A DNA stretch of 64,000 nt, from contig CP182352.1 in the NCBI GenBank assembly GCA_048571215.1, positions 1,568,001 through 1,632,000 of the forward strand. Reading direction: 5' to 3'. Source of the DNA: Halarcobacter sp. (GTDB lineage Bacteria; Campylobacterota; Campylobacteria; Campylobacterales; Arcobacteraceae). The position numbers and the translations under genes were made by a program. A model generated the notes under the pieces. It was given only the letters and a program-made list of their open reading frames with translations, was not told the origin of the DNA and did no database searches. Positions 19,679 through 29,520 of this stretch are shown one piece after another (positions within the stretch are counted from its first letter, which is position 1; every line of letters begins with the position of its first letter).

Positions 19679-20512
19679 CTAATAATCCCTTCCATAAAGC
19701 TCTGAGGCTTCTTGTATTACTAAAAAAGCATCGGGATCGTATATATTTACTATCTCTTTTAGTTTTTGTAGCTTTGGAAAATCAACTATAACCAAGATTA
19801 GGGTTTTAGAACCATTTTGATTTAGATTTACTCCATGTAAGATTGTTCCATGTTCCCCTAAACTATCAAATATATGCGTTGATAATTCATCTACATTATT
19901 TGTTACTATGCTAACAGCTTTTTGTGAAGGATTTCCAGAAAGAAGCATATCAACTATTTTAGATGTAATATATACACCTATAACACTATATAAAGCTTGT
20001 TCAACATCTCCATATACCAAAGCAGCAGCTACCATTGTGGCTCCATCTATTATTAAAATAATTTGTGAAGTTTTAAACTTGGTTTTTGCAGATATGATCT
20101 CTGCAACTATTGTTGTACCACCTGTTGAAGCTCTACCCAATATAATAAGCCCAACCCCTAATCCAATTAATAATCCACCAAATAAAGATGCAAGTATAGT
20201 TTCATGTGTTGCTGCTGGTAGGGATAAGAATTCTTTTAAAAAATCAGTAAATACAGAAATCAGACCTATACTTATCAATGTTTTGATTAAAAAAAATTTT
20301 CCAAAATATTTAAATCCTATAATAATTAAAGGAGTACTAACAATAACAATCCAAGTTCCCAGTGTAAAAATAGGAAATAAAACATGCAAAAGTTGTGCAG
20401 GACCTATTCCACCACCTGTAATAAGATTATTAGGATTTAAAAAAGCTATTGTAGAAAATGCAATACAAAAACATCCAACAACTATAAAAACTAAACTTTT
20501 CATCTCTTTCAT
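19679..20512 (-). CDS. YitT family membrane protein
   Basis: PNNLITGG, ASTGGT, C-terminal DPDAFLVI. Confidence 0.88.
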   Translation of the reverse strand: MKEMKSLVFIVVGCFCIAFSTIAFLNPNNLITGGGIGPAQLLHVLFPIFTLGTWIVIVSTPLIIIGFKYFGKFFLIKTLISIGLISVFTDFLKEFLSLPAATHETILASLFGGLLIGLGVGLIILGRASTGGTTIVAEIISAKTKFKTSQIILIIDGATMVAAALVYGDVEQALYSVIGVYITSKIVDMLLSGNPSQKAVSIVTNNVDELSTHIFDSLGEHGTILHGVNLNQNGSKTLILVIVDFPKLQKLKEIVNIYDPDAFLVIQEASELYGRDY

Positions 20513-21651
20513 TTTTCTCCTTCGATTAACTCTTTAAGCCTTTGTATACCTATTTTTACCTCTTCTTTTGAAGAGTGGGTAAAATTAAATCTTATCTCAT
20601 CACAAATTTCTCTTGTGATATAAAACTCACTTCCAGGTACATAAACAACTTTTTTCTTTAAAGCTTCATAAACTAATTTATATGTATCTATGTTTGGTAA
20701 TTTTCCATAAATAAACATCCCACCTTTTGGTTTCTCGTATTCAAATTGTGGCAATAATTCATCTAAAGCAGAAGCAAAAGTGTGCATTTTGTTTTTGTAC
20801 TCTACCCTTAAGTTTTTTAAATGTTCTTTATACCTTGAACTATCTTTTAAATACTCATCTAAAATGTATTGAGAGATACCACTTGAGTGTAAATCCACTG
20901 TCTCTTTTATAAGTATAAGTTCATTTATAACCTCTTCATTTGCTCTAATCCAACCAATTCTAAGAGCTGGTGATAGAGTTTTTGAGAAAGAACCCAGATG
21001 AAAACTATTGTTAGGCAATCTACTAGTTATACTTCTTGATTTTTCCCCATAAAATAGTTCACTATAAGGTGCATCTTCTATAATATATCCACCATATTTT
21101 TTAACTGTTTTTGCTATTTCAATCCTTTTTTCTTCACTATATAAAGAACCCTTTGGGTTTTGAAAATCTGGAATTAGATATGCCAATTTTACTTTTTCAT
21201 ATTCTTCTTCAAACTCCTTTGTATCTATACCATCATACTCTAAAGTGATTGGTTTCATATTTAGCTTATTCATCCTAAAAATATTTACTGCACCTAAATA
21301 AGATGGTTTTTCCACAAGGATATCTTTTGATTCAAAATATTTTGCAATAATAAAAAGTGCTTGTTGACTCCCTGTTGTTATCAAAATATTATTTGGATTT
21401 GTTTCAATCCCCTCTTCATTGTAAAAAGTTGCTATCTTTTCTCTTAAACTTGATATTCCATTACTTATTGCATATTGGAAATTTTTTTTATTTTTAAATA
21501 TTTTTTCACTTGCCTTTGCTAAATCTTCTATTGGAAATAGATTCTCATCAGGCAAGCCACCTGCAAAAGAGATTGTCTCTTCATCTATTGATTCTAAAAT
21601 TTGTCTTATAAATGATCGTTTAGTATCAAAACTACTATTTTCCTGTTTCAT
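20509..21651 (-). CDS. PLP-dependent aminotransferase (class I/II, MocR-like catalytic domain only)
   Basis: ISFAGGLPD, TGSQQAL, PDFQNPKG, GSFSKTLSPALRIGW. Confidence 0.9.
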   Translation of the reverse strand: MKQENSSFDTKRSFIRQILESIDEETISFAGGLPDENLFPIEDLAKASEKIFKNKKNFQYAISNGISSLREKIATFYNEEGIETNPNNILITTGSQQALFIIAKYFESKDILVEKPSYLGAVNIFRMNKLNMKPITLEYDGIDTKEFEEEYEKVKLAYLIPDFQNPKGSLYSEEKRIEIAKTVKKYGGYIIEDAPYSELFYGEKSRSITSRLPNNSFHLGSFSKTLSPALRIGWIRANEEVINELILIKETVDLHSSGISQYILDEYLKDSSRYKEHLKNLRVEYKNKMHTFASALDELLPQFEYEKPKGGMFIYGKLPNIDTYKLVYEALKKKVVYVPGSEFYITREICDEIRFNFTHSSKEEVKIGIQRLKELIEGEK

Positions 21652-21771
21652 TGTACTTTCCTTTGATTTTGTGAATTATAGAACAATAAAAAATTTTATT
21701 CTTTAATGTTTTTGCTAAAAAAGTTAACTATTTTTGCTCAAAAGTATCATAAATATTGCTATAATACTATT

Positions 21772-22641
21772 ATGAAAAAAAATACTCTGGAAAAACATAC
21801 AAAACTTGCAAATAATATTATGTACTACATATATAAATATATAGATACAGATATAAACCTAGATGAACTTTGCATTGAACTAGATGTTAGTAGATTTCAT
21901 ATGCATAGAATATTCAAAGAGGAGTTTGGACAAAATATTTATGAAACCATAAAATCAATCAGACTTCAAAAAGCTTCCTTACTTCTTCTTACAAATAAAA
22001 ACTCAACCATAACAGATATAGCAAAGATGTGTGGATATGGATCACAAGCAGCTTTCATGAGAGTATTTAAACAAAAATTTGAAATGACACCAAAACAGTG
22101 GAGAAAGGGTGAATATAAAAAATTTACCAATGATATCTTAATAAAATCAGAAAGCGCCTCAAATGCATTGGTTGATTTCTCAAATCTTATGCCAAGCATA
22201 CTTAAAATGTCTCCAATGAAAGCTTATTATATAAGACATAAGGGATATGGAAAAAGCATAAGAAATACTTGGCAGAAACTCCATACTTGGCTTTTATGCA
22301 ATAATATTGAAAACTATACACAACTAGGCTTACACCATGACAATCCAACTATAACACCTCTTGATGAGTGTAGATACAATGCTTGTATTGTTGTAGATGA
22401 TGAATTAAAAAATGAAACTCTTCCTAGCTTTATAATCCCTGGAGGAGTATATGCAAGATTCGATTTTGAAGGGAAATATGGAGATATTTTAAAATTTATG
22501 CATTGGGTATATTTTGAGTGGTTAATAAACAGTGGATATGAAACCACAACAAACCCCTCATATGCCATATATAAAAAAAATCATTTTTTAGATAGTGATG
22601 AAAAGTTTATAGTAAGTTATTATATCCCTATTAGGCTATAA
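21772..22641 (+). CDS. AraC family regulator with GyrI-like ligand domain
   Basis: N-terminal double HTH (SRFHMHRIF, IRLQKA), C-terminal HDNPTITPLDECRY; likely start ATG 21772. Confidence 0.88.
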   Translation: MKKNTLEKHTKLANNIMYYIYKYIDTDINLDELCIELDVSRFHMHRIFKEEFGQNIYETIKSIRLQKASLLLLTNKNSTITDIAKMCGYGSQAAFMRVFKQKFEMTPKQWRKGEYKKFTNDILIKSESASNALVDFSNLMPSILKMSPMKAYYIRHKGYGKSIRNTWQKLHTWLLCNNIENYTQLGLHHDNPTITPLDECRYNACIVVDDELKNETLPSFIIPGGVYARFDFEGKYGDILKFMHWVYFEWLINSGYETTTNPSYAIYKKNHFLDSDEKFIVSYYIPIRL

Positions 22642-22660
22642 AGTAGGCTTTGTCATAAAA

Positions 22661-22676
22661 ATGTCGTAACCGACAT
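22661..22676. promoter_or_regulatory. Palindromic operator upstream of XRE gene
   Basis: ATGTCG-TAAC-CGACAT perfect inverted repeat followed by TATAAT at 22691. Confidence 0.55.
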
Positions 22677-22721
22677 CTTATAAAAATTTGTATAATATTA
22701 AAAAATTTTTGGAGAATTACT

Positions 22722-23096
22722 ATGATAATAAAAAACTTAAGAATAGAAAATGGTTGGTCACAAGAAAAATTAGCTGAAATCACTGGATTGAGTTTAAGAA
22801 CTATACAAAGAGTAGAAAAAGAGGACAAAGCTAGCTTGGAATCTCTAAATCTTTTAGCTAATGCTTTTAGCTTAGATATTAAACAACTACAAGATAAATT
22901 AAAAAATAAACCTTTTAAAACTGAAACTGAAACTAAAAATAATCATAAGAAAATAATCACAATTTTTATTGCTGTAAACTTACTACTTATTACTATAAAT
23001 CTTTTAACAAACTCTAGTCACTTATGGTTTATCTATCCATTATTAGGATGGGGAATTCCACTTTTTTATAAAATATATATAAAAGAAAAGCTTTAA
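22722..23096 (+). CDS. XRE-family HTH protein with C-terminal 2TM domain
   Basis: GWSQEKLAEITGLSLRTIQRVE; WFIYPLLGWG. Confidence 0.88.
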   Translation: MIIKNLRIENGWSQEKLAEITGLSLRTIQRVEKEDKASLESLNLLANAFSLDIKQLQDKLKNKPFKTETETKNNHKKIITIFIAVNLLLITINLLTNSSHLWFIYPLLGWGIPLFYKIYIKEKL

Positions 23097-24337
23097 AATC
23101 TACTATTTTTTATCACTTTTTCTATCTTTTTTTTATCCACTTTAAGATTTTTTGCTTCTTGTTTAAATCTACTTATAAAATACTCTTTTATGTTTTTTAC
23201 TAACTCCTCTATCTCTTTGTCACTTCCTATTGAAAACATCTTTGAAACAGCTTTTATATCCTCTATACTAAAATCATCTCTTTTTCCATTTATACTCATT
23301 TGGTGTTTTGCTGTATAGTCATTGCCTTTATTATATGTGATATCATATAAAGGTGCAGTTTTCCAAACTCCTTTTTCATCCATCAAAAAAGAGAAGTTTT
23401 TTGTATGATCATCTTGATTACAAGTAATTACATTGTATAACATATGGATAAATGCACTCTCCAATTGCTGTCTATCTTTAGTAAGGTATTCAACTACTCT
23501 TAAATACTCTTCGTAAGAGTAAGAACCTGGTATATTAAAATTTGTATGAGTAAGCCCGCATAAAGAGTGCATATGTATTTTTTTATCTTCTATAATATCA
23601 AATCTTTTTACTAAAAGATGACTAAAATCTCTTTCGTGAAAAATCTCTACATCTGCTACGTTTAAATCAAGCTCTTTTGCTATTTTCATATAGATATACT
23701 CAACTTTTCCATAATCTGCTGGAACATAATCTTTTCCAACACCATCAAATTTTATAAGATAGTTCTCAAAACCTTTTTTAAAAGGTAGTCTTCCTGATAC
23801 TATTTCATTTGTAGTTTTATTCCATTGAATAACCGCTTTTGCTCTAGCTCCCCCTGCACTTCCTCCTGATGATATTAGTTCAGGAATTGCAACTGTAATA
23901 TCCCCTTTTATAATCTTTCTAGCATCATCAACCAAAGATTTTATCTCTAAAGATTCTTTTAAAATCTCTGTTGGTTCATTTGGAATATACTCCAAAGCTC
24001 CCATACCAGTTTTTCCTATATATGCTAACTTTTGTATTGATGATAATTCATACTCATTTATCCCTTTTTTTGCATAAAATCTTTTTATAACCTCATTTCC
24101 AAATTTATCAGGTAAAGAATCAAAAAATACTCCAGCTAAACCTTCAAAAAATCTATCATCACTATTGTTATAAACAGCAGTTGTCTCTAAAGGCAATTTT
24201 ATAGGGGATATCTCTAAACCACTATTTTTAAACTCATCTTCATATTCAAAATATATATTATCTTTCTCATCTAAAGATAAAAACCCAACTATTTGCCCAT
24301 AAAGTTGTACAATCAAAGAATCATTATTCGTTTTCAT
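23093..24337 (-). CDS. hipA: HipA-family Ser/Thr kinase toxin
   Basis: DSLPDKFG, GSAGGARAKA P-loop, NQDDHTKNFSF, APLYDIT. Confidence 0.92.
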   Translation of the reverse strand: MKTNNDSLIVQLYGQIVGFLSLDEKDNIYFEYEDEFKNSGLEISPIKLPLETTAVYNNSDDRFFEGLAGVFFDSLPDKFGNEVIKRFYAKKGINEYELSSIQKLAYIGKTGMGALEYIPNEPTEILKESLEIKSLVDDARKIIKGDITVAIPELISSGGSAGGARAKAVIQWNKTTNEIVSGRLPFKKGFENYLIKFDGVGKDYVPADYGKVEYIYMKIAKELDLNVADVEIFHERDFSHLLVKRFDIIEDKKIHMHSLCGLTHTNFNIPGSYSYEEYLRVVEYLTKDRQQLESAFIHMLYNVITCNQDDHTKNFSFLMDEKGVWKTAPLYDITYNKGNDYTAKHQMSINGKRDDFSIEDIKAVSKMFSIGSDKEIEELVKNIKEYFISRFKQEAKNLKVDKKKIEKVIKNSRF

Positions 24338-24722
24338 TTTTTGCCTTTAACTTATCTAACAAAATTCCTATTCTTGTGGGTTTTGATTCATTTTTTGATT
24401 TAGAAGAATCTATTTTTTCTTTTTTGCTTGCTCTTTTTCTTTCAGGTTTTTTTATATTTTTGTTTAATACTTTTTCTTTTGGTGAAAAACTGTTTTTAAT
24501 AAATAGATTGTTTAACTCCATAGTTTTACCCAATGCTTTTGTTATATTAATAAAGTTTTCAAAACTTCCTTTGCCATTTTTTTCAAATATCTTATATGTA
24601 GATAAAGATAAACCTGATTTTAAAGCCATATCCTCTTGAGTAATATTTTGCCTTAATCTTTCATCTTTTATTTTATGTGCAAACTCTTTTGATATCTCTT
24701 GTGTAGTACTAAACTCATTCAT
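24324..24722 (-). CDS. XRE HTH antitoxin (HipB-like)
   Basis: RLRQNITQEDMALKSGLSLSTYKIFE; overlaps hipA start. Confidence 0.82.
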   Translation of the reverse strand: MNEFSTTQEISKEFAHKIKDERLRQNITQEDMALKSGLSLSTYKIFEKNGKGSFENFINITKALGKTMELNNLFIKNSFSPKEKVLNKNIKKPERKRASKKEKIDSSKSKNESKPTRIGILLDKLKAKNENE

Positions 24723-25003
24723 AATATAAGCCTTTATAGTTTAAATTTAAGCTTTTAATTTATATATCTTAATATAATAGATTAAATTTAGACTATTATA
24801 TATAAAATTTTAGATTTTGTCAACTAATAGTTTATATTTAATACTTTAAGTTCTTATTTTTAATTTAACAGCTTATATATAAATCTTTATTATATAAATA
24901 TATCGTAAAACAAAAATAACTATAAATAATATATAATACAATATTTTATTAACTATCAATATTTTATGTGATAGAATTTATCAAACCAATATAAAGGTAA
25001 GCT

Positions 25004-26002
25004 ATGAAAAAGATTAAAAATGTAATTATTGATTCTGATATGGGTTGGGATGATGTATTATCAATTTGTTATTTGATGAAAAACCCATCTATAAATATAC
25101 TAGCTATTACTGTAACTGGATGTGGAGAAACAGATCTTAAATGGGGTTCAATCATAGCAAAAACACTTATGGAACTAGGAGAACAAGTAGATGCAAAAGT
25201 ATCTATTGGAGCAGATAAACCTCTAAAATTTAATCATAAATTTCCCCAATCATTTAAAAATGACATGAATGATATTATGGGTTTAATGGGAAGCTTAAAT
25301 CCAAAAAACACTATTGAATTTGATAAAAGAGATGCTTGGGATTTATTATATGATAGCTTAGAAAATTGTTCTGAAAAAATCACTATACTATCTCTTGGAG
25401 GATTTACAAATATTGCAAAAATGTTAGAAAAATATCCTACTGCAAAAATAGAAAATATAGAACAAATCTATGCAATGGCAGGTGCAGTTTATGTTGATGG
25501 AAATGTGGCTCTTTTGAATAATGCAAAAAAACAGTGGAATCAAGGAGCTATTTATAGTACAAATTATAGTGCCGAATGGAATGTTTTTGTTGACCCCGTT
25601 GCAACAAAAAAAGTTTTTGATTCAACTATTCCTATTACTTTAATTCCTCTTGATGCTTGCAATTATGTTGTATTAAATGCCCAGTATGTAGATACTATAA
25701 CAACAATTGACCCAATAGCTACCCTTGTAAAAAATATTTTTATACAAAAAACAGGAAGCCATGATGAAGGTATTCCAGTACCAATATTTGACCCACTAGC
25801 TACTATGATCATGGCTGGTGATTTGCAATATTATCAATTCCATGAGCAGTATTTAGATGTAAATACAAGCGATACAGAAGTAAATAATCATTGTGGTAAA
25901 ACATATATAACACCAAAAGGAAAAAGAAAAATCACAATTGTTCAAGGTGTATCTCAATTGGAATTTTCAATACAATTTGCAAAAATAATAAACAAAGGAT
26001 AA
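25004..26002 (+). CDS. Inosine/uridine-preferring nucleoside hydrolase family
   Basis: DSDMGWDD (DxDxxxDD), LGGFTNIA, AEWNVFVDP, FDPL. Confidence 0.88.
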   Translation: MKKIKNVIIDSDMGWDDVLSICYLMKNPSINILAITVTGCGETDLKWGSIIAKTLMELGEQVDAKVSIGADKPLKFNHKFPQSFKNDMNDIMGLMGSLNPKNTIEFDKRDAWDLLYDSLENCSEKITILSLGGFTNIAKMLEKYPTAKIENIEQIYAMAGAVYVDGNVALLNNAKKQWNQGAIYSTNYSAEWNVFVDPVATKKVFDSTIPITLIPLDACNYVVLNAQYVDTITTIDPIATLVKNIFIQKTGSHDEGIPVPIFDPLATMIMAGDLQYYQFHEQYLDVNTSDTEVNNHCGKTYITPKGKRKITIVQGVSQLEFSIQFAKIINKG

Positions 26003-26004
26003 TT

Positions 26005-26955
26005 ATGAAAAGGATTTTAGTACTTCTAATATTTAGTTTAATATTTTCAAACTATATATATGCAAAAGCAAATAAGTCTGAAGTTTCAAGCTTCTTAGAA
26101 CTTGATAAAATTGTCAACGATTTAAATAAACATTCAACAACTCTTATTGTTATGGATGATGATGATACTTTAACTATGATGCAGTGTGATAAAACAAAAG
26201 AGGATAAATACTGCCAATATTTAGGTGGTCCTGCATGGTATTCATGGCAAGATCAATTATTGAAAGATTATCAACAAAAGAAAATAGATTCAAAATACAG
26301 GGTAGCTTCAAATGAAGATGAACTACTAAAGATATCTACTTTACTATTTAGTTTAAACAATATGCCTTATACAGATAAAAATATTCCAAATATCCTTTCA
26401 AAACTATCACAAAAAGGGGTTAGACTTATGGTTGAAACAGCTAGAGGAAGTGATAATTTAAGTGCAACAAGCGCACAGTTTTCAAATCTTCAGGCACCAA
26501 ATGGTACATTTTTACAACTTATAAAAGAAAATTCTCTAAAGTTTGGGAAAAATAAAACATCAAGTTTGGCAAGTCCTTTTTTACCTTGTGATATTAAATC
26601 ATCACGAGCAATCTCTTATCAAAATGGAGTGATGTATCTTGCAGGACAAGATAAGGGTAAAATGTTGCAATGCATCTTATCATTATACGAAAATACCCCT
26701 ACTTCAAATAAAATAGATACTATTGTATTTATAGATGATACCTTAGAAAATGTAATCAATATTTATAATGCTTTTAAAACAAATAAAAAATATGATGTTC
26801 ATGCTTTTCATTATACAGCTTTTGAACAACATAAAAACGCTTTAACAAAAGGGAAGAAAAAAGATATTTATCAAGAACAAACATATAAAAGATGGATAGA
26901 AATAAAAAAAGTGATTGAAACAAATCTTCTAGACCCAGCACTAGAAGATAATTGA
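26005..26955 (+). CDS. Exported HAD-superfamily-like protein (DUF2608-like)
   Basis: Signal peptide; VMDDDDTL, ETARG, DKG, VFIDD match HAD motifs I-IV. Confidence 0.7.
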   Translation: MKRILVLLIFSLIFSNYIYAKANKSEVSSFLELDKIVNDLNKHSTTLIVMDDDDTLTMMQCDKTKEDKYCQYLGGPAWYSWQDQLLKDYQQKKIDSKYRVASNEDELLKISTLLFSLNNMPYTDKNIPNILSKLSQKGVRLMVETARGSDNLSATSAQFSNLQAPNGTFLQLIKENSLKFGKNKTSSLASPFLPCDIKSSRAISYQNGVMYLAGQDKGKMLQCILSLYENTPTSNKIDTIVFIDDTLENVINIYNAFKTNKKYDVHAFHYTAFEQHKNALTKGKKKDIYQEQTYKRWIEIKKVIETNLLDPALEDN

Positions 26956-26965
26956 TTTAGATAAC

Positions 26966-26992
26966 TGAGTAAAGGATTATCCCCTTTACTCA
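26966..26992. terminator. Probable bidirectional terminator
   Basis: TGAGTAAAGG-N7-CCTTTACTCA between convergent genes. Confidence 0.7.
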
Positions 26993-26999
26993 TAAAATA

Positions 27000-27347
27000 T
27001 TATGCTTTTTTTACAAACTCTTGTTTTAGTTTAATTGCACCAACACCTGGAACTTTACAGTCTATATTGTGACCATCATTTCCTTCAACAAGTCTAATAC
27101 CTTTGATTTTAGTACCAACTTTAATACCTGATGAGCTACCTTTAACTTTTAAGTCTTTTATAACTGTTACTTCATCCCCATCACTTAAAATTGTACCATT
27201 TGCATCTTTTACTACTAACGTATCTTCATCTTCTGTTGCAACAGCATCTGCTGACCATTCGTGTGCACATTCTGGACAGATAAGAAGAGTTCCATCTTCA
27301 TAAGTATATTCACTATTACATTTAGGACAATTTGGTAATTGACTCAT
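27000..27347 (-). CDS. yjdM: PhnA/YjdM zinc-ribbon protein
   Basis: [38 protein letters not shown]. Confidence 0.92.
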   Translation of the reverse strand: MSQLPNCPKCNSEYTYEDGTLLICPECAHEWSADAVATEDEDTLVVKDANGTILSDGDEVTVIKDLKVKGSSSGIKVGTKIKGIRLVEGNDGHNIDCKVPGVGAIKLKQEFVKKA

Positions 27348-27413
27348 TGTTTTCCTTTAAAATTTTTTTGCAATTGTAAGATATTAATTAAATATTGTCA
27401 AATTTTGAAGCTT

Positions 27414-27488
27414 TTAGAAAAAACTCAATATAAATTTCAAACCATTATATCCACCAAAAATCAAGCAAATAAATAAGATAACAATTGG
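27414..27488 (-). pseudogene. Degraded duplicate of the yeiH 3' end
   Basis: Translates ILFICLIFGGYNGLKFILSFF*, versus ILFFWLIIGGYKGLEFILVFSK* at the end of 29521-30537. Confidence 0.75.
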
Positions 27489-27506
27489 TATATTAATTAA
27501 GATTAA

Positions 27507-28322
27507 TTATTTAATTATAAAATTATTTGGACTGTTTGCAAAGAGTTTTTTAAAATTTCTTATAAAATGACTCTGATCATAAAAGCCTGATTTAGAAGCT
27601 ACATAAGATATAGTATTGGTATTGTCTAAGAGTAAGTTTTTAGATCTATTAATTTTTTCATTAACCATAAAGGCATGAGGAGTTAATCCAAATTCTTTTT
27701 TAAAGATTCTACTTATATAAGTACTATTATATCCTGTATATCTAGACAAATCTTCTAAAGATATATTTTCATCTAAATTATCTAATATATACTCTTTCGT
27801 TAAAGATATTAAACTTTTATCAATTTTATTAAATAATTGTTTGCTTTCTTTAGTAATATTTGTTCTAAATAAACTTGAAATAAATTTGGCTATCTCTTTT
27901 TCAAAATTATAAAAGTTGGTACTCTTCTGTATTTTTTCACATATTTTTATAAGAGTTTCATATTTAGATTGATTATTAATCATATTTTTATCAAATAACA
28001 TAAATTGATTGTCTTGGGTTATATTTAACTCTTTTTGCAAATTAATACACCATTTGATATCTAAATAAAGAGTATAGTAACCTACAGTTTTTATCTCACT
28101 CTCTTTTGACCAATGAACCTGATAAGGGTTAAATATTGCAATCTTATTTTTTAGAAGAATCTCTTTAGTGTTTTCTTTTATAAACTCAATATTAACTTTT
28201 CCATTCTCAAGACAAGATATACTTAACATATCATGAAAATGTTTTGAATAATTAGAAAAAAATTTTTTACTATAATTTAATTGAGCAAACGATTTACCGC
28301 TATTTGTAAATAAATGTTTTAT
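27507..28322 (-). CDS. AraC family regulator (cupin + HTH), frame open upstream to an ATA codon
   Basis: HTH FKKEFGLTPH..SGFYDQSHF; frame extends 31 codons above ATG 28229 through YSKHFHD to ATA preceded by AAGGA. Confidence 0.8.
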   Translation of the reverse strand: MKHLFTNSGKSFAQLNYSKKFFSNYSKHFHDMLSISCLENGKVNIEFIKENTKEILLKNKIAIFNPYQVHWSKESEIKTVGYYTLYLDIKWCINLQKELNITQDNQFMLFDKNMINNQSKYETLIKICEKIQKSTNFYNFEKEIAKFISSLFRTNITKESKQLFNKIDKSLISLTKEYILDNLDENISLEDLSRYTGYNSTYISRIFKKEFGLTPHAFMVNEKINRSKNLLLDNTNTISYVASKSGFYDQSHFIRNFKKLFANSPNNFIIK

Positions 28323-28418
28323 TCTTTATCCTTTATTTCGTCAAAAGTTTAACTATTTTTTTATAAAAAGTTGATTTTATACAAGACAAGTTTTTTTATT
28401 TTGTGTAAAATTGTACTT

Positions 28419-29321
28419 ATGAATTATAAAGAAACATTAAATAAATCGCTTCAAAGTGCTTGGATTATTTTAAAGCTTGTAATACCTATATATATCCTTG
28501 CTGATATTTTATACTTTTACAATACTTTATCATATGTATCATTTTTAGTAGAACCATTTACAAGTGTGATTGGACTACCAGCTGAAACTTCACTAGCAAT
28601 CATTAGTGGAATATTTTTAAACCTTTACGCAGCAGTTGCCTTTGCCGCTCCACTAGAGCTTACGCCTTACCAGTGGAGTATTCTAGCAGTATTTCTTGGA
28701 GTTTGTCACTCCTTAGTTGTAGAGAGTGTGATTATGAAAAAAATTGGTATATCAAATATATACTCCTATTTACTTAGATTTATTGGTGGATTGTTTTTAG
28801 CATATATTACATACTTGTTGCCATCTTCTTGGTTTGATGCAACAATTAGCGAAGCAGTATTTGAAAAAACAACTTATGATAATTTTCAAAGTCTGATATA
28901 CGGGTCATTTACAAGTTCTATAGGCTTAAGTATTAAAATTATCATACTTATAACTATTTTGATTTTTATAATGGATTTTATAAAAACAAGAAAATTTATA
29001 CTTGAATCTCAAAAAAATGTAAGTAAAGGTTTTTCACTTACAGTTGGCATATTTTTAGGTATAACTTATGGGGCAGGAATACTTATAAATGAAGCAAAAT
29101 CTGGAAGCATAAGTAAAGAAGATCTTTTTTATATAGGTACATTTTTAATGATATGCCATGCAATTATTGAAGATACACTTCTATTTGTAATATTTGGTGC
29201 AGATTTTACTATGGTTATAGTTATACGAACTATTGGAGCTATAGCTTTATCCTATCTATTACTAAAAATATATCAAAAAAGAACAATAGCAATTAAGTAT
29301 GATGATTCTAGCAAAAAATAA
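28419..29321 (+). CDS. Nucleoside-recognition (Gate) domain membrane protein
   Basis: Two hydrophobic repeats with CHSLVVES and CHAIIEDT, GITYGAG; likely start ATG 28419. Confidence 0.7.
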   Translation: MNYKETLNKSLQSAWIILKLVIPIYILADILYFYNTLSYVSFLVEPFTSVIGLPAETSLAIISGIFLNLYAAVAFAAPLELTPYQWSILAVFLGVCHSLVVESVIMKKIGISNIYSYLLRFIGGLFLAYITYLLPSSWFDATISEAVFEKTTYDNFQSLIYGSFTSSIGLSIKIIILITILIFIMDFIKTRKFILESQKNVSKGFSLTVGIFLGITYGAGILINEAKSGSISKEDLFYIGTFLMICHAIIEDTLLFVIFGADFTMVIVIRTIGAIALSYLLLKIYQKRTIAIKYDDSSKK

Positions 29322-29520
29322 AGATATTAATATACAACAATAACTCTTCTAGGCTTAGAAAAAGTGAAAAAAGAAGCTTATATTATCAATGTAGGAAGAA
29401 GAAAACATCCTTGCTTTCTTCTTAGCTTTTGTCAAATTTAGATTTGTAGCTTTTCTTACATTGATTACTTGTTCAGTATTATTTTGAAAAAACTTTTTTC
29501 ACCTGTTTTAATAGTTTCTT

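Noticed and set aside
29340..29441. Peptide VKKEAYIINVGRR resembling a 2-hydroxyacid dehydrogenase motif
   Set aside because: Too short, no start or flanking similarity; may be chance
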